Positions 19,585 to 30,179 of a stretch of DNA of 64,000 nt are shown in pieces (position 1 is the first letter of the stretch; each line of letters begins with the position of its first letter). Source of the stretch: an uncultured Candidatus Rokubacteria bacterium (GTDB lineage: Bacteria > Methylomirabilota > Methylomirabilia > Rokubacteriales > CSP1-6). Below the pieces are notes generated by a model that saw only the letters and a list, made by a program, of their open reading frames with translations, was not told where the DNA came from and did no database searches. The position numbers and the translations under genes are program-made. The stretch lies in assembly GCA_963762145.1 (NCBI GenBank), contig CAVXJS010000011.1:704001-768000 (forward strand). Reading direction: 5' to 3'.

Positions 19585-20679
19585 ATGGCGACGTACAAGA
19601 TCGCGGTGCTGCCCGGCGACGGGATCGGGCAGGAGGTGACGCCGCAGGCGCAGCGCGTTCTCCAGTTCGTCGGCCGGGCCGCCGGCATCGGTTTCGAGTT
19701 CGAGAACGGGCTGGTGGGCGGCTCCGCCATCGACGCGGCCGGGACCCCGCTGCCGCCCGCGACGCTGACGCTCTGTCAGCAGGCGCACGCCATCCTCTTC
19801 GGGGCGGTGGGCGGGCCCAAGTGGGACACGCTGCCGCAAGAGCAGCGCCCCGAGCGCGGGTTGCTCGGCATCCGCAAGGAGCTCGACCTCTTCGCCAACC
19901 TGCGGCCGGCGACCTGCTTCCCCATGCTGGTGGACGCCTCGCCGCTCAAGCGCTCGGTGGTCGAGGGCACCGACATCATGGTGATCCGCGAGCTGACCGG
20001 CGGGCTCTACTTCGGCGAGCCGCGCGGGCGCGAGGAGTTCGCCGACGGGGGGGCGCGCGCGGTCAACACGATGGCCTATACCTCGCGCGAGATCGAGCGG
20101 GTGGCCCGCGCCGCCTTCGACGTGGCGATGAAGCGCAAGAAGCGCCTGGCCTCGGTGGACAAGGCCAACGTCCTGGTGGTCTCGCAGCTCTGGCGGGAAG
20201 TGGTCACGCGGGTGGGGAAGGACTATCCCCAGGTGCAGCTCGAGCACGTGCTGGTGGACAACTGCGCGATGGCGCTGGTCCACAAACCCACCCACTTCGA
20301 CACGATCGTGACCGAGAACACCTTCGGCGACATCCTGTCGGACGAGGCGGCCATCCTCGCCGGCTCGATGGGCATGCTGCCGTCGGCCAGCCTGGGCGGC
20401 AAGGGCGGCCGGATGGGGCTGTTCGAGCCGGTCCACGGCACCGCGCCGGACATCGCGGGCCAGGGGGTGGCCAACCCGATCGCGGCGATCCTGTCCGCGT
20501 CCATGCTGCTGCGCTACTCCCTCGAGCGGGGCGCCGACGCCGACCGGGTGGACGCGGCAGTCCTGCGCGTGCTGGAGCGGGGGCATCGGACCCGGGACAT
20601 CCACTCGGCCGGCACCAAGCTGGTGGGGACGGCGGAGATGGGAGACCTCATCATGGCCGAGGTCGAGAAGTCGTATTGA
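19585..20679 (+). CDS. leuB: 3-isopropylmalate dehydrogenase
   Basis: [48 protein letters not shown]. Confidence 0.96.
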   Translation: MATYKIAVLPGDGIGQEVTPQAQRVLQFVGRAAGIGFEFENGLVGGSAIDAAGTPLPPATLTLCQQAHAILFGAVGGPKWDTLPQEQRPERGLLGIRKELDLFANLRPATCFPMLVDASPLKRSVVEGTDIMVIRELTGGLYFGEPRGREEFADGGARAVNTMAYTSREIERVARAAFDVAMKRKKRLASVDKANVLVVSQLWREVVTRVGKDYPQVQLEHVLVDNCAMALVHKPTHFDTIVTENTFGDILSDEAAILAGSMGMLPSASLGGKGGRMGLFEPVHGTAPDIAGQGVANPIAAILSASMLLRYSLERGADADRVDAAVLRVLERGHRTRDIHSAGTKLVGTAEMGDLIMAEVEKSY

Positions 20680-20709
20680 AATAATCAGATAAATAGGAGA
20701 CTGTGAGCT

Positions 20710-21714
20710 ATGGCTTCAGGTGTCGTGGTGGCGGTGGTCGGGGTGACCGGTGCGGTGGGGCAGACCACGCTGAAGATCCTCGAGGAGCGCAAGTTCCCGG
20801 TGCGGGAGCTGCGGGCCTTTGCGTCCGCACGCTCGGCCGGGAAGACCGTCACCTTCAAGGGCGAGCCGGTGCGGGTCGAGGCCGTCGGTCCCGGCGTCTT
20901 CAAGGGAGTCGACATCGCGCTCTTCTCCGCGGGCTCGGCCCAGTCCAAGGAGTATGCCCCCCAAGCCGTGAGGGCCGGTGCCCTGGTGGTGGACAAGTCG
21001 AGCGCGTTCCGGATGGACCCGCAGGTGCCGCTGGTGGTGCCCGAGATCAATGCGCACGCGGTGCGCGGTCACCACGGCATCGTGGCGTGCCCGAACTGCA
21101 CCACCATCGTCACCGTGATGCCGCTCAAGCCGCTCCACGAGGCGGGTCGGCTCCGCCGGGTCGTCGCGACCAGCTTCCAGGCGGTCTCGGGCGCCGGCGT
21201 CAACGGGGTGGACGAGCTGCGGACCCAGACGCTCGCGTGGGCCCGGGGTGAAGCGATCACGCCGAAGTTCTTCGCGCATCAGATCGCCTTCAACGTCATT
21301 CCCCACATCGACAAGTTCGGGGCCGACGGCTACAGCGGCGAGGAGATCAAGCTGGTCAACGAGGTCCGGAAGATCCTCGAGCTGCCCGACCTGCCGGTCT
21401 CGCCCACCACGGTGCGCGTGCCGGTGTTCACCGCCCACTCGGTGGCCGTGAACGCGGAGACCGAGGTCAAGATCGGCCGCGAGCGGGCGCGCGAGGTCTT
21501 CGCCGGCTTCCCGGGGCTCAAGCTCTGGGACGAGCCCGCCGAGAATCGCTACCCGATGCCCATCGTGGTGGAGGGCCAGGACGATTGCTACGTGGGCCGG
21601 GTGCGCGAGGACCTGACGCTGCCGAACGGCCTCAACTTCTGGGTGGTGGGCGATCAGCTCCGCAAGGGCGCCGCCCTGAACGGCATCCAGATCGCGGAGC
21701 TGTTGATCCGCTGA
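20710..21714 (+). CDS. asd: Aspartate-semialdehyde dehydrogenase
   Basis: VGVTGAVG, PLVVPEIN, PNCTT, QAVSGAG, DQLRKGAALN. Confidence 0.96.
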   Translation: MASGVVVAVVGVTGAVGQTTLKILEERKFPVRELRAFASARSAGKTVTFKGEPVRVEAVGPGVFKGVDIALFSAGSAQSKEYAPQAVRAGALVVDKSSAFRMDPQVPLVVPEINAHAVRGHHGIVACPNCTTIVTVMPLKPLHEAGRLRRVVATSFQAVSGAGVNGVDELRTQTLAWARGEAITPKFFAHQIAFNVIPHIDKFGADGYSGEEIKLVNEVRKILELPDLPVSPTTVRVPVFTAHSVAVNAETEVKIGRERAREVFAGFPGLKLWDEPAENRYPMPIVVEGQDDCYVGRVREDLTLPNGLNFWVVGDQLRKGAALNGIQIAELLIR

Positions 21715-21721
21715 TCCTCTG

Positions 21722-22509
21722 ATGGGCGAGGCTGGGCGCACCGTCCGGCTCGACGCTCGCCTACGAGGGCACGGACCTGCACGGCTGGCAGGTGCAGCCG
21801 GGGCTCGCCACCGTGCAGGGCCTCCTGATGGAGGCGGCCGCGCGGGTGCTGGGCGGGCCCGTGAAGATCACCGGAGCGAGCCGGACCGACGCGGGCGTGC
21901 ACGCGCTTCGACAGGTCGCGAGCCTCTCCATCTCATCCGCGGTCGCCCCGGCGGCGCTGCACCGCGCGCTGAACGCCCTGTTGCCTCCCTCGGTGCGCGT
22001 GCTCGACGTGCGCGAGGCGCCCGCCGGCTTCGACGCGCGCCGCTGGGCGCGCGGGCAAGCGCTACGCCTACCTGATGGATCGCGGCCAGCAGGCCGATCC
22101 GTTCCTGCGGCGCCACGCGTGGCATACGCCGTTCCCGCTCGACGTGGACGCGATGGCGGCGGGGCTCGCGCTCGTGCGCGGCAAGCACGACTTCAGCGCC
22201 TTCTGCGCCGCGGCGGGCCGCGATCGCACGCCCACCTGCACGATCACGTCGGCGCGGGTGGTGGCCCGGCACGAGCGTCTGGCGATCTGCCTCTCCGCCG
22301 ACAGCTTCCTGCACCACATGGTCCGCAACATCGTCGGGAGCCTGGTCGAGGTCGGACGGGGCGCTCGGCCGCCCGGGTGGATCGGCGAAGTCGTGGACGG
22401 GCTGGACCGGAGGCGGGCCGGACCGACCGCGCCGGCCCAGGGGCTCGTGCTGGTCCGGGTCCTGTACGGTCCCGTCACGGGGCCTCGGGCACTGGGAGGC
22501 GCCGGGTGA
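21722..22509 (+). CDS. truA: tRNA pseudouridine(38-40) synthase; indels near 21751 and 22053
   Basis: Across frames: LAYEGTDLHGWQVQP, GASRTDAGVHA, GKHDFSAF, FLHHMVRNIVG, PTAPAQGL. Confidence 0.9.
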
Positions 22510-22856
22510 TGCCGGACGATCTCCCGACAGGCGGCCCGCCCCCGGCTGAGGACGGGGAGGGGTCGCGCCGCGGCAAAGGTTTCAAGGCGCGGAAGCGGGA
22601 GGACCATGCCCTTGTCCTGATCCGGGATCTCCTGGCCAGTCTGGACAATCCCGCCCAGGCCCGGCGTCTCCTCCTGGAGCTGAGCCGCTACTACGATCCC
22701 ATCCTGGGGGGCGGGATCGTGGAGGTCCGCCATCAGCGGGAGATCATGAATGCGATCGAGGCCGGGCGGCTGGAGGAGGCCCGGGCCCTGGTCCAGGCCC
22801 GATACGACCTCTACATCAAGGACCGGGCGCACCTGGGCCGTGGGGAGGAAGGCTGA
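22509..22856 (+). CDS. Hypothetical protein (~115 aa, probably helical)
   Basis: ATG overlaps the truA stop, GGAGG upstream; fills the gap up to the fdh promoter; no family recognised. Confidence 0.6.
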   Translation: MPDDLPTGGPPPAEDGEGSRRGKGFKARKREDHALVLIRDLLASLDNPAQARRLLLELSRYYDPILGGGIVEVRHQREIMNAIEAGRLEEARALVQARYDLYIKDRAHLGRGEEG

Positions 22857-22864
22857 CGATTGCC

Positions 22865-22893
22865 TTGACACTGGTCTGACCAGTGCCTAGAAT
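22865..22893 (+). promoter_or_regulatory. Sigma70 promoter with perfect palindrome CACTGGTC-T-GACCAGTG (FadR/GntR-type operator)
   Basis: TTGACA 22865-22870, 17 nt, TAGAAT 22888-22893; palindrome at 22869-22885. Confidence 0.75.
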
Positions 22894-22944
22894 CCTTTCA
22901 ACTTCACGACCCTAGACGCAGGCGTACCACAGCGAGGTGTCGCC

Positions 22945-25900
22945 ATGAGCCTATCGCGGCGTGATTTCCTGAAATACGCGGGTTCGACCGGCGCCGGTGT
23001 CGCCGTCGGAGCCGCGACCATCGACCTCAAGCCGGTCCAGGCAGCCGCCACGGACCTCAAGATCAAGGAAGCCAAGGTACATCCCGGCGTCTGTCCATAC
23101 TGCGCCGTCGGCTGCATCCAGCTCGTGTACTCGAAGGGCGACAAGATCATCGACATCGAGGGGCATCCGGACACCCCGCATACCCTCGGCCGGCTCTGCC
23201 CCAAGGGCGCGGCGACCATCCAGCTCTCCAATAACCCGCTGCGGCCCACCAAGGCCATGTACCGGGCGCCCGGCTCGGACAAGTGGGAGGAGAAGCCGCT
23301 GGACTGGATGTACGAGCAGATCGCGAAGCGCTACTACGAGGTCCGGGAGAAGCACTTCATCGAGAAGGAGAAGAACAAGGACGGGCAGGAGGTGCTGGTC
23401 AATCGCCTCGACGCCATCGCCTCCCTCGGCTCGGCCTGCATCGACAACGAGGAGTGCTACCTCCTCAGCAAGCTCAACCGCGCCTTCGGCATCGTCTACC
23501 ACGAACATCAGGCTCGAGTCTGACACTCCGCCACGGTCCCAGCTCTGGGGACCACGTTCGGGCGGGGCGCGATGACGACGAACCTGATCGACATCCAGAA
23601 CTCGGATGTCATCATGGCCACCAGCAACTTCGCGGAGAATCACCCGGTCGGCTTCCAGTGGGTGATGAAGGCGAAGGAGCGCGGGGCGAAGTTCATCCAC
23701 GTCGATCCGCGCTTCACCCGCACCAGCGCGGTGGCCGACATCCACGTGCCCCTGCGTTCGGGCACCAACATCGCGTTCTTCGGCGGGCTCATCAGCTACG
23801 CGATCGCCAGCAACCTCTTCTTCAAGGACTACGTCGTCCACTACACGAACGCCTCGTTCCTGATCGATCCCGCCTTCAAGACCGCGACCGACGGCGGCGG
23901 CCTCTTCACCGGCCTCGAGCCGACCGGCAAGGGCGGCGCCGACCCCCACGTGTCGGAGGCCTACAAGCGGGACTCGTGGAAGTACCAGCTCGACGGCGAA
24001 GGCAATCCCAAGCGCGACCTGAGCCTCCGCGATCCGCATAGCGTGTTCCAGCTCATGAAGCGGCACTACAGCCGCTACACCCCCGAGATGGTGGAGCGGG
24101 TGTGCGGGATCCCGAAGGAGAAGTTCGTCCAGGTCGCCAAGCTCTACTGCGAGAACAGCGGGCCCGAGAAGACCGGGACCATCACCTACGCGCTGAACCT
24201 GACCCAGCACACCAACGGGGTCCAGAACATCCGCGCGCTCTGCATGCTCCAGATCCTGCTCGGGAACATCGGGCGGCCGGGCGGCGGGGTGGTGGCCCTG
24301 CGGGGCCACGCCAACGTGCAGGGGGCCACCGACCTCGAGCTGCTCTACCACGAGCTGCCCGGGTACCTGCCGATGCCGCTCCGGGAGCTGCACCCGGATC
24401 TCAAGACGTACCTGGAGAAGGTCACCCCCAAGGGCGGCTTCTGGGTGAACCTGCCCAAGTTCATGGTGAGCCTGCTCAAGGCCTTCTACGGCGACGCGGC
24501 CACCGCCGAGAACGACTACGGCTACCAGTGGCTTCCCAAGCGGGCGTCCGCGGACGCCTACAGCCACCAGCACATGTTCGTGGATATGTACAAGGGCGTC
24601 ATCAAGGGCTTCCTCTCCGACGGGCAGAACCCGGCGGTGGGTGGGCCCAACGCCAAGCTGGCCCGCGCCGCACTCGGCAAGCTCGACTGGCTGGTGGTGA
24701 AGGACATCTTCGTCACCGAGACCGCGGAGTTCTGGAAGGCGCCGGGGGTGACCGCCAAGGACATCAAGACCGAGGTGTTCTTCCTGCCCGCCGCGCCGGC
24801 CGCCGAGAAGGACGGGAGCCTCACCAACACCATGCGGCTGATCCAGTGGCACGAGAAGGCGGTCAACCCGCCCGGCGACGTGACGTCGGACGCCGAGTTC
24901 TTCGTGAGCCTCGCCAAGCGGCTGCAGAAGCTCTACGCGGGGTCCAAGAAGGAGCGGGACAAGGGGTTCCTGGCCGCGAGCTTCGAGTACGGCGACAACC
25001 CCAAAGAGCCGAACATGGAGCTGGTCCTCAAGGAGATCAACGGGTTCGCGACCCAGGAGATCACCGACAAGGACGGCAAGGTGGTCTACAAGAAGGGGCA
25101 GGCGCTCAACACCTTCGCCCACATGACCGACGACGGCAAGACCGCGGGCGGGTGCTGGATCTACACCGGCGTCACGGTGGAGGGCGCCGACGGCAAGCTG
25201 ATCAACAAGGCCAACCTGCGCAAGCCGGCCGACGACAAGGACTACCTGGCCCACGGCTGGGGGTTCGCGTGGCCGGCCAACCGGCGCATTCTCTACAACC
25301 GCGCCTCCGCCGATCTCAACGGCAAGCCCTGGAGCGAGAAGAAGAAGCTGATCTGGTGGGATCCGGAAGCCCCCGGCAACGAGCCGGACAAGAAGGGCAA
25401 GTGGGTGGGCCTCGACGTGCCCGACTTCAACGCGTTCCTGGCTCCGGACGCCAAGAACGGCGACAAGCCGTTCATCATGCGCGCGGACCTGGTCGGCGCC
25501 TTCTTCGGCCCGCTCAACGACGGGCCCTTCCCGGAGCACTACGAGCCGGTGGAGTCGCCCACCAAGAACCTCCTCTCCAAGCAGCAGATGAACCCGGTGG
25601 CCAAGATCTGGAGCGTGCCCGACCAGAAGAACGACCTGGCCCCGGTCGGCTCGCCCGACTATCCCTATGTGGTCACGACCTACCGATTGACCGAGCACCA
25701 CCTCTCGGGCGTCATGTCGCGCTACCTGCCCATGCTCGCCGAGCTGTTCCACTCCCACTTCGCCGAGATCAGCCACGAGCTCGCGGCGGAGCTCGGGATC
25801 GAGAACGGGGAGCGGGTGACCGTGCTCAGCCCGCGAGGCAAGGTCCACGTGACCGCCATGGTCACGCACCGCCTGAAGCCGTTCATGATCGACGGCAAGA

Positions 25901-26055
25901 AGACCCACCAGATCGGCATCCCGTGGCACTGGGGCTACAACGGCATCTCCAAGGGCGACATCACCAACGATCTCTCCGCGACGGTGGGAGACCCGACGGT
26001 CTACATCCAGGAGACCAAGGCCTTCCTCTGCAACGTGAAGAAGGGGGAGGTGTAG
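22945..26055 (+). CDS. fdnG: Formate dehydrogenase-N-type alpha subunit, selenocysteine-containing (UGA at 23521-23523)
   Basis: Tat signal SRRDFLK; FS0 motif CPYCAVGC...CPKG; HQARV-U-HSATV at the Mo/W ligand; ORFs 22945-23523 and 23572-26055 are in frame; ALRGHANVQG. Confidence 0.95.
23535..23553 (+). promoter_or_regulatory. Bacterial SECIS hairpin
   Basis: GGTCCCAGCTCTGGGGACC stem-loop starting 11 nt after the in-frame UGA. Confidence 0.75.
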
Positions 26056-26057
26056 CC

Positions 26058-26837
26058 ATGGCCCGCACGCTCGCGATGTTCACGGACACCTCCCTCTGCA
26101 TCGGCTGCCGGGCCTGCCAGGTAGCCTGCAAGCAGTGGAACGAGCTGCCGATGGAGGAGCCGCAATGGACCGGCTCCTACCAGAACCAGGCCCACTTCAC
26201 CGACAAGACCTACCGGCTCGTGCGCTTCATCGAGAAGCCGCAGGCGAACGGCGAGCTGCAGTGGCTCCTCATGTCGGACGTCTGCAAGCACTGCGCGCAG
26301 GCGGGGTGCCTCGACGCCTGCCCCACCGGCGCGATCTACCGGACCGAGTTCGGGACGGTCAACATCAACCAGGACGTGTGCAACGGCTGCCGGTACTGCG
26401 TCAGCTCGTGCCCGTTCGGGGTGGTCTCGTTCAATCACGACACCGGCCGGGCCAACAAGTGCACGTTCTGCAACGACCGCATCCACAACGGGCTCGGGCC
26501 GGCCTGCGCCAAGACCTGCCCGACCGAGTCCATCCAGTTCGGATTCCGCGACGAGCTCGCCGCGAAGGCCGAGAAGCGCGTGGCCAAGCTCAAGGAGATG
26601 GGGTACTCCGGCGCCCAGCTGTACGGCGTCGACGACAAGGGCCCCCTCGGCGGGCTGAACGCCTTCTTCCTCCTGCTGGACAAGCCGTCGACCTACGACC
26701 TCCCCGAGAAGCCGCTGCTCCCGCAGCGCAATGTCCTGGTGGACTCGGTGCTGGCGGTGGGCTCGGCGCTGCTCGTCGGGGTGGGCGCGATCATGGCCTT
26801 CCGCGAGCGGGGCGGGCAGGGGGACGATCATGCTTAA
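26058..26837 (+). CDS. fdnH: Formate dehydrogenase iron-sulfur (beta) subunit
   Basis: Four [4Fe-4S] motifs (CIGCRAC, CKHC, CNGCRYC, CTFC...CAKTCP) and a C-terminal TM anchor. Confidence 0.92.
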   Translation: MARTLAMFTDTSLCIGCRACQVACKQWNELPMEEPQWTGSYQNQAHFTDKTYRLVRFIEKPQANGELQWLLMSDVCKHCAQAGCLDACPTGAIYRTEFGTVNINQDVCNGCRYCVSSCPFGVVSFNHDTGRANKCTFCNDRIHNGLGPACAKTCPTESIQFGFRDELAAKAEKRVAKLKEMGYSGAQLYGVDDKGPLGGLNAFFLLLDKPSTYDLPEKPLLPQRNVLVDSVLAVGSALLVGVGAIMAFRERGGQGDDHA

Positions 26838-27648
26838 GACCCCCGACTGGCACCTGCTGATCGTCTGGTACTTCTTCCTCGGCGGCATCGCGGGCGGCGC
26901 CTATTTCACCGCGGCGATCGCGGACAACTTCGGGGGCCGGCGCGACCGTAACGTGGTGCGCACCGGCTACATCCTGGCGCTGCTCATGATCGGCGTCTGC
27001 GGCATGCTCCTGATCCTCGATCTCGGCACCCCGAGCCGCTTCCTGAACATGATGAAGGCCTTCAAGTTCTGGGACCCGATGTCGATCGGCGCCTGGATGC
27101 TCGGGGTCTTCGGTCTCTTCGCCTTCGCATCCTCCGCGCTGTCGCTGTCGCCCGACGAGCGGCGGGCCTCCCTCCGGCGGAAGATCAGCCTGGTCGGGAT
27201 CATCTTCGGCTTCTTCCTCGCGAGCTACACCGGCGTGCTCCTGAGCGCCACCGCGCTGCCCCTCTGGAGCGACGCGCGGCTCATGGGGGCCTTGTTCCTC
27301 GCCTCCGGCGCCTCCACCGGGATGGCCGCGATCGTGCTGCTGCTCTACCTGAGCGGCGAGTCGGGAACCGAGAGCTTCGAGAAGGTCAACCGGGCGGATC
27401 GGCTGGCGATCCTGTTCGAGCTGGCGGTCCTCGCGCTCTTCCTCGTGTGGCTCGGCTCCGCGGCCACGCCGCTGACGTCCGGCCCGATGGCGCCGCTCTT
27501 CTGGGGCGGCCTCGTCGTGGCGGGGCTCCTGGTTCCGCTCGGGATCGACTTTTTCGCCACCCGCTGGGTTCCCGCCGCGGTCTCGGCGGTCCTGGTCCTG
27601 GTGGGCGGGTTCATCCTGCGCTACGTCGTGGTGATGACGCACGCCTGA
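26830..27648 (+). CDS. NrfD/PsrC family membrane anchor
   Basis: WHLLIVWYFFLGGIAGG, DLGTPSRF, PMSIGAW, SYTGVLL, GGFILRY. Confidence 0.9.
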   Translation: MLKTPDWHLLIVWYFFLGGIAGGAYFTAAIADNFGGRRDRNVVRTGYILALLMIGVCGMLLILDLGTPSRFLNMMKAFKFWDPMSIGAWMLGVFGLFAFASSALSLSPDERRASLRRKISLVGIIFGFFLASYTGVLLSATALPLWSDARLMGALFLASGASTGMAAIVLLLYLSGESGTESFEKVNRADRLAILFELAVLALFLVWLGSAATPLTSGPMAPLFWGGLVVAGLLVPLGIDFFATRWVPAAVSAVLVLVGGFILRYVVVMTHA

Positions 27649-27673
27649 GCCGGCGTCTGCCGGACCGCCGCAC

Positions 27674-27702
27674 AAGGGGCCCCGAGCGGGGCCCCTTCCT
27701 TT
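27674..27702 (+). terminator. Terminator-like hairpin after the fdh operon
   Basis: AAGGGGCCCC-GAGC-GGGGCCCCTT followed by CCTTT. Confidence 0.6.
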
Positions 27703-27728
27703 ATACTGAGGCCGGCATCCAACCAGGC

Positions 27729-28478
27729 ATGCGGACCTACTTCCACGTCAAGGGCGGCCGGCTCGAAGAGGTCAAGGGCGAGGTCGTCCGGGAGCAGCCG
27801 TTGACGGTCTACGTCAACGGAGAGCGGTTTCTCACCTTGCTCTGCTCCCCCTTCCAGCTCGACGCGCTGGTGGTCGGCTACCTGTGGATGGAGAAGGTGG
27901 TGGAGGATCTCGCCGAGATCACCCGCCTCGAGATCTCCGAGGTGGACGGGCGCGCCGACGTCACGCTCTCGCGTCCGGTGACGCTGCCCACCGAGCGCAT
28001 CCTCACCTCGGGCTGCGGGGGCGGCATCACGTTCCGCATCGACCCGCGCCTCTTCCCGCGGCTGCACTCCTCGTTGCGGGTCACCCCCGGGCAGCTCGCG
28101 GGCCGGATCAAGGAGCTCTACGGCCAGGCCGAGCGCTACCAGGCCTCCCGCGGCATCCACGGCGCGGCGCTGGCCGACGGCGAGCGGCTGCTGGTGATGG
28201 CGGAGGACGTGGGGCGCCACAATGCGGTGGACAAGGTGAAGGGCGAGGCCCTGCTCAAGGGCATCACGACGGTGGACCGCATCCTGCTCTCCACCGGACG
28301 GGTGTCCTCGGAGATGCTCCTCAAGGCCGCCCGCATGGGCGTGCCGGTGGTCGCCTCGCGCACGTCGCCGACCGAGATGGCGGTCGGGCTCGCCGAGCAG
28401 CTCGGGATCACCGTGATCGGCTACCTGCGTCCGGACGCCCTCAATCTCTACGCGGGCGACGCGCTCGAGGTCGACTGA
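27729..28478 (+). CDS. fdhD: Formate dehydrogenase accessory sulfurtransferase
   Basis: TSGCG, GIHGAAL, EDVGRHNAVDK, STGRVSSEM. Confidence 0.94.
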   Translation: MRTYFHVKGGRLEEVKGEVVREQPLTVYVNGERFLTLLCSPFQLDALVVGYLWMEKVVEDLAEITRLEISEVDGRADVTLSRPVTLPTERILTSGCGGGITFRIDPRLFPRLHSSLRVTPGQLAGRIKELYGQAERYQASRGIHGAALADGERLLVMAEDVGRHNAVDKVKGEALLKGITTVDRILLSTGRVSSEMLLKAARMGVPVVASRTSPTEMAVGLAEQLGITVIGYLRPDALNLYAGDALEVD

Positions 28479-28482
28479 CGCC

Positions 28483-29376
28483 ATGCTCGATCATGCCGCG
28501 CTGATGACCGACTGGCGGGCCCTGCTGGCTCGGCGCCCCGCGCTGGCGGAGCCGCTCCGCTTCTGGACCGCGATCATCGAGAACTGGGCGCTCTGGAAGC
28601 CTCCGGCGGTCCTCGTGCCGCTGACGCTGTCGCCCGACGAGTGCCGGCAGCGCTGGCAGGCCGGCCGGACGCTGCTGACCGACGCCGTCCCGGAGCTTCC
28701 CGCCGCCTCGGTGGAGGATCTGCTGGGGCCCGTGATGGAGCGCCTGGCCGCCGACGGTCCCGAATCCGCGGCGGCCCTGGGCCGGTTCGCGGAGGCGTGG
28801 GACGACGGGCGGGTGGACGCTTCGACCCTGCTGCCCCGCCTCGATCGCGACCCGGCGACCGCGCTGCAGGAGCTCTTCGGCCTCGGGTCCCATCTGGGCG
28901 CGTTCCTCCCGGTGGCGGCGCTGCGCCCCGCGCTCGAGACCTACTTCGAGACCGTGCGCGGGCTGCCGGACGGGGTGTGGGAGCGTGGGGGCTGTCCGTG
29001 GTGCGGGGGCGCGCCCTCGTACGGCGATCTCGTGGAGGACGGTCGCCGTCGGCTCTCCTGCCACGTCTGCGGCGGCGCCTGGATCGCGGCCCGGCTGCGC
29101 TGTCCGTTCTGTGAGAGCTGGAACTCGCGAGACCTCGTCCGGCTCGTGGGCGAGGCGCTCGACGAGGGCTACTTCATCGAGGCCTGTCGCGCCTGCCACG
29201 GGTATCTCAAGGGGGTGGATCGTCGTCAGCGGTGGAACGCGGGCGGCCCGCTCGTCGAGGACTGGGGCTCGCCCCATCTCGACCTCTACGCGGCCCGCGA
29301 GGGCTACTGGCGCGCCACGCCGTCCCTCGCCCACCTGCTGCCGCCCGACGGGCCCCCGGGAGAGATCCCGGCGTGA
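28483..29376 (+). CDS. fdhE: Formate dehydrogenase maturation protein FdhE-like
   Basis: Four CxxC motifs (CPWC, CHVC, CPFC, CRAC..YLK); next to fdhD. Confidence 0.85.
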   Translation: MLDHAALMTDWRALLARRPALAEPLRFWTAIIENWALWKPPAVLVPLTLSPDECRQRWQAGRTLLTDAVPELPAASVEDLLGPVMERLAADGPESAAALGRFAEAWDDGRVDASTLLPRLDRDPATALQELFGLGSHLGAFLPVAALRPALETYFETVRGLPDGVWERGGCPWCGGAPSYGDLVEDGRRRLSCHVCGGAWIAARLRCPFCESWNSRDLVRLVGEALDEGYFIEACRACHGYLKGVDRRQRWNAGGPLVEDWGSPHLDLYAAREGYWRATPSLAHLLPPDGPPGEIPA

Positions 29377-30179
29377 ACGCGGTGCTCTACGACGTGGCGC
29401 TCACCGCCTACATCCTGGCCGCGGTGGCCGCGATCGGCTCGCTCTTCGGTCGGCGCGACCAGCTCGCGTGGATCGCCCTGCTGCTGACCCAGGCGGGCTG
29501 GATCTGCCATACCGTGGCGGTGATCGCCCGGGGCATCGAGCTGGGTCGCCTGCCGTTCATGACCATGCCGGAGGTGATCTCGCTCGTGATCTGGGCCGCG
29601 GTCCTGCTCGACTTCTGGATCGAGCGCCGTCACCGCATCCGACCGCTCAGCGCCTTCGTGCTTCCGGTCATCCTGGCCCTCGGGCTGGGACTTCCGACCG
29701 GGCTGCGGTCGATGGCGCTGGAGACGCCGGTGAAGAGCGGCTGGATCGTGGTGCACGTGGCGCTGGTGCTGGTGGGCCTGGCCGCGCTCGTGCTGAACTT
29801 CGGCATCGCGCTGATGTACCTCCTGCGCGAGCGCCAGCTCAAGCACAAGCGCACCGGCGCCTTCTACCGCCGCCTGCCCCCGCTGGAGACGCTCGACCGG
29901 CTCGCGGTGGGCACGCTCACCATCGGCTTCCCCTTCCTCACCGTCGGCCTGGCCCTGGGCGTGCTCTCCGCCCCCGCCGCGTGGGGGAGCCTGCTCACCT
30001 TCGATCCGCTCGCGCTCTTCTCGCTCGTGATGTGGGTGATCTACGCGACCACCCTGCTCGGCCGCGTGATGGGGCAATGGGGCGGCCGCCGCGCCGCCTA
30101 CTACGCCATCGCGGGCTTCTGCGTGCTCCTGGCCACCTTGAGCGCGGGCGTCTTCCTCCACGGCCGGCACGGGTCATGA
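29373..30179 (+). CDS. Cytochrome c assembly family membrane protein (CcsA/HemX-like)
   Basis: Multi-TM; RLPPLETLDRL, GFPFLTVG; directly upstream of hemA. Confidence 0.85.
   Translation: MNAVLYDVALTAYILAAVAAIGSLFGRRDQLAWIALLLTQAGWICHTVAVIARGIELGRLPFMTMPEVISLVIWAAVLLDFWIERRHRIRPLSAFVLPVILALGLGLPTGLRSMALETPVKSGWIVVHVALVLVGLAALVLNFGIALMYLLRERQLKHKRTGAFYRRLPPLETLDRLAVGTLTIGFPFLTVGLALGVLSAPAAWGSLLTFDPLALFSLVMWVIYATTLLGRVMGQWGGRRAAYYAIAGFCVLLATLSAGVFLHGRHGS

Noticed and set aside
23521-23523. Premature stop splitting the FDH alpha subunit
   Set aside because: The UGA is at the conserved Sec/Cys ligand position, in frame, with a SECIS-like hairpin.
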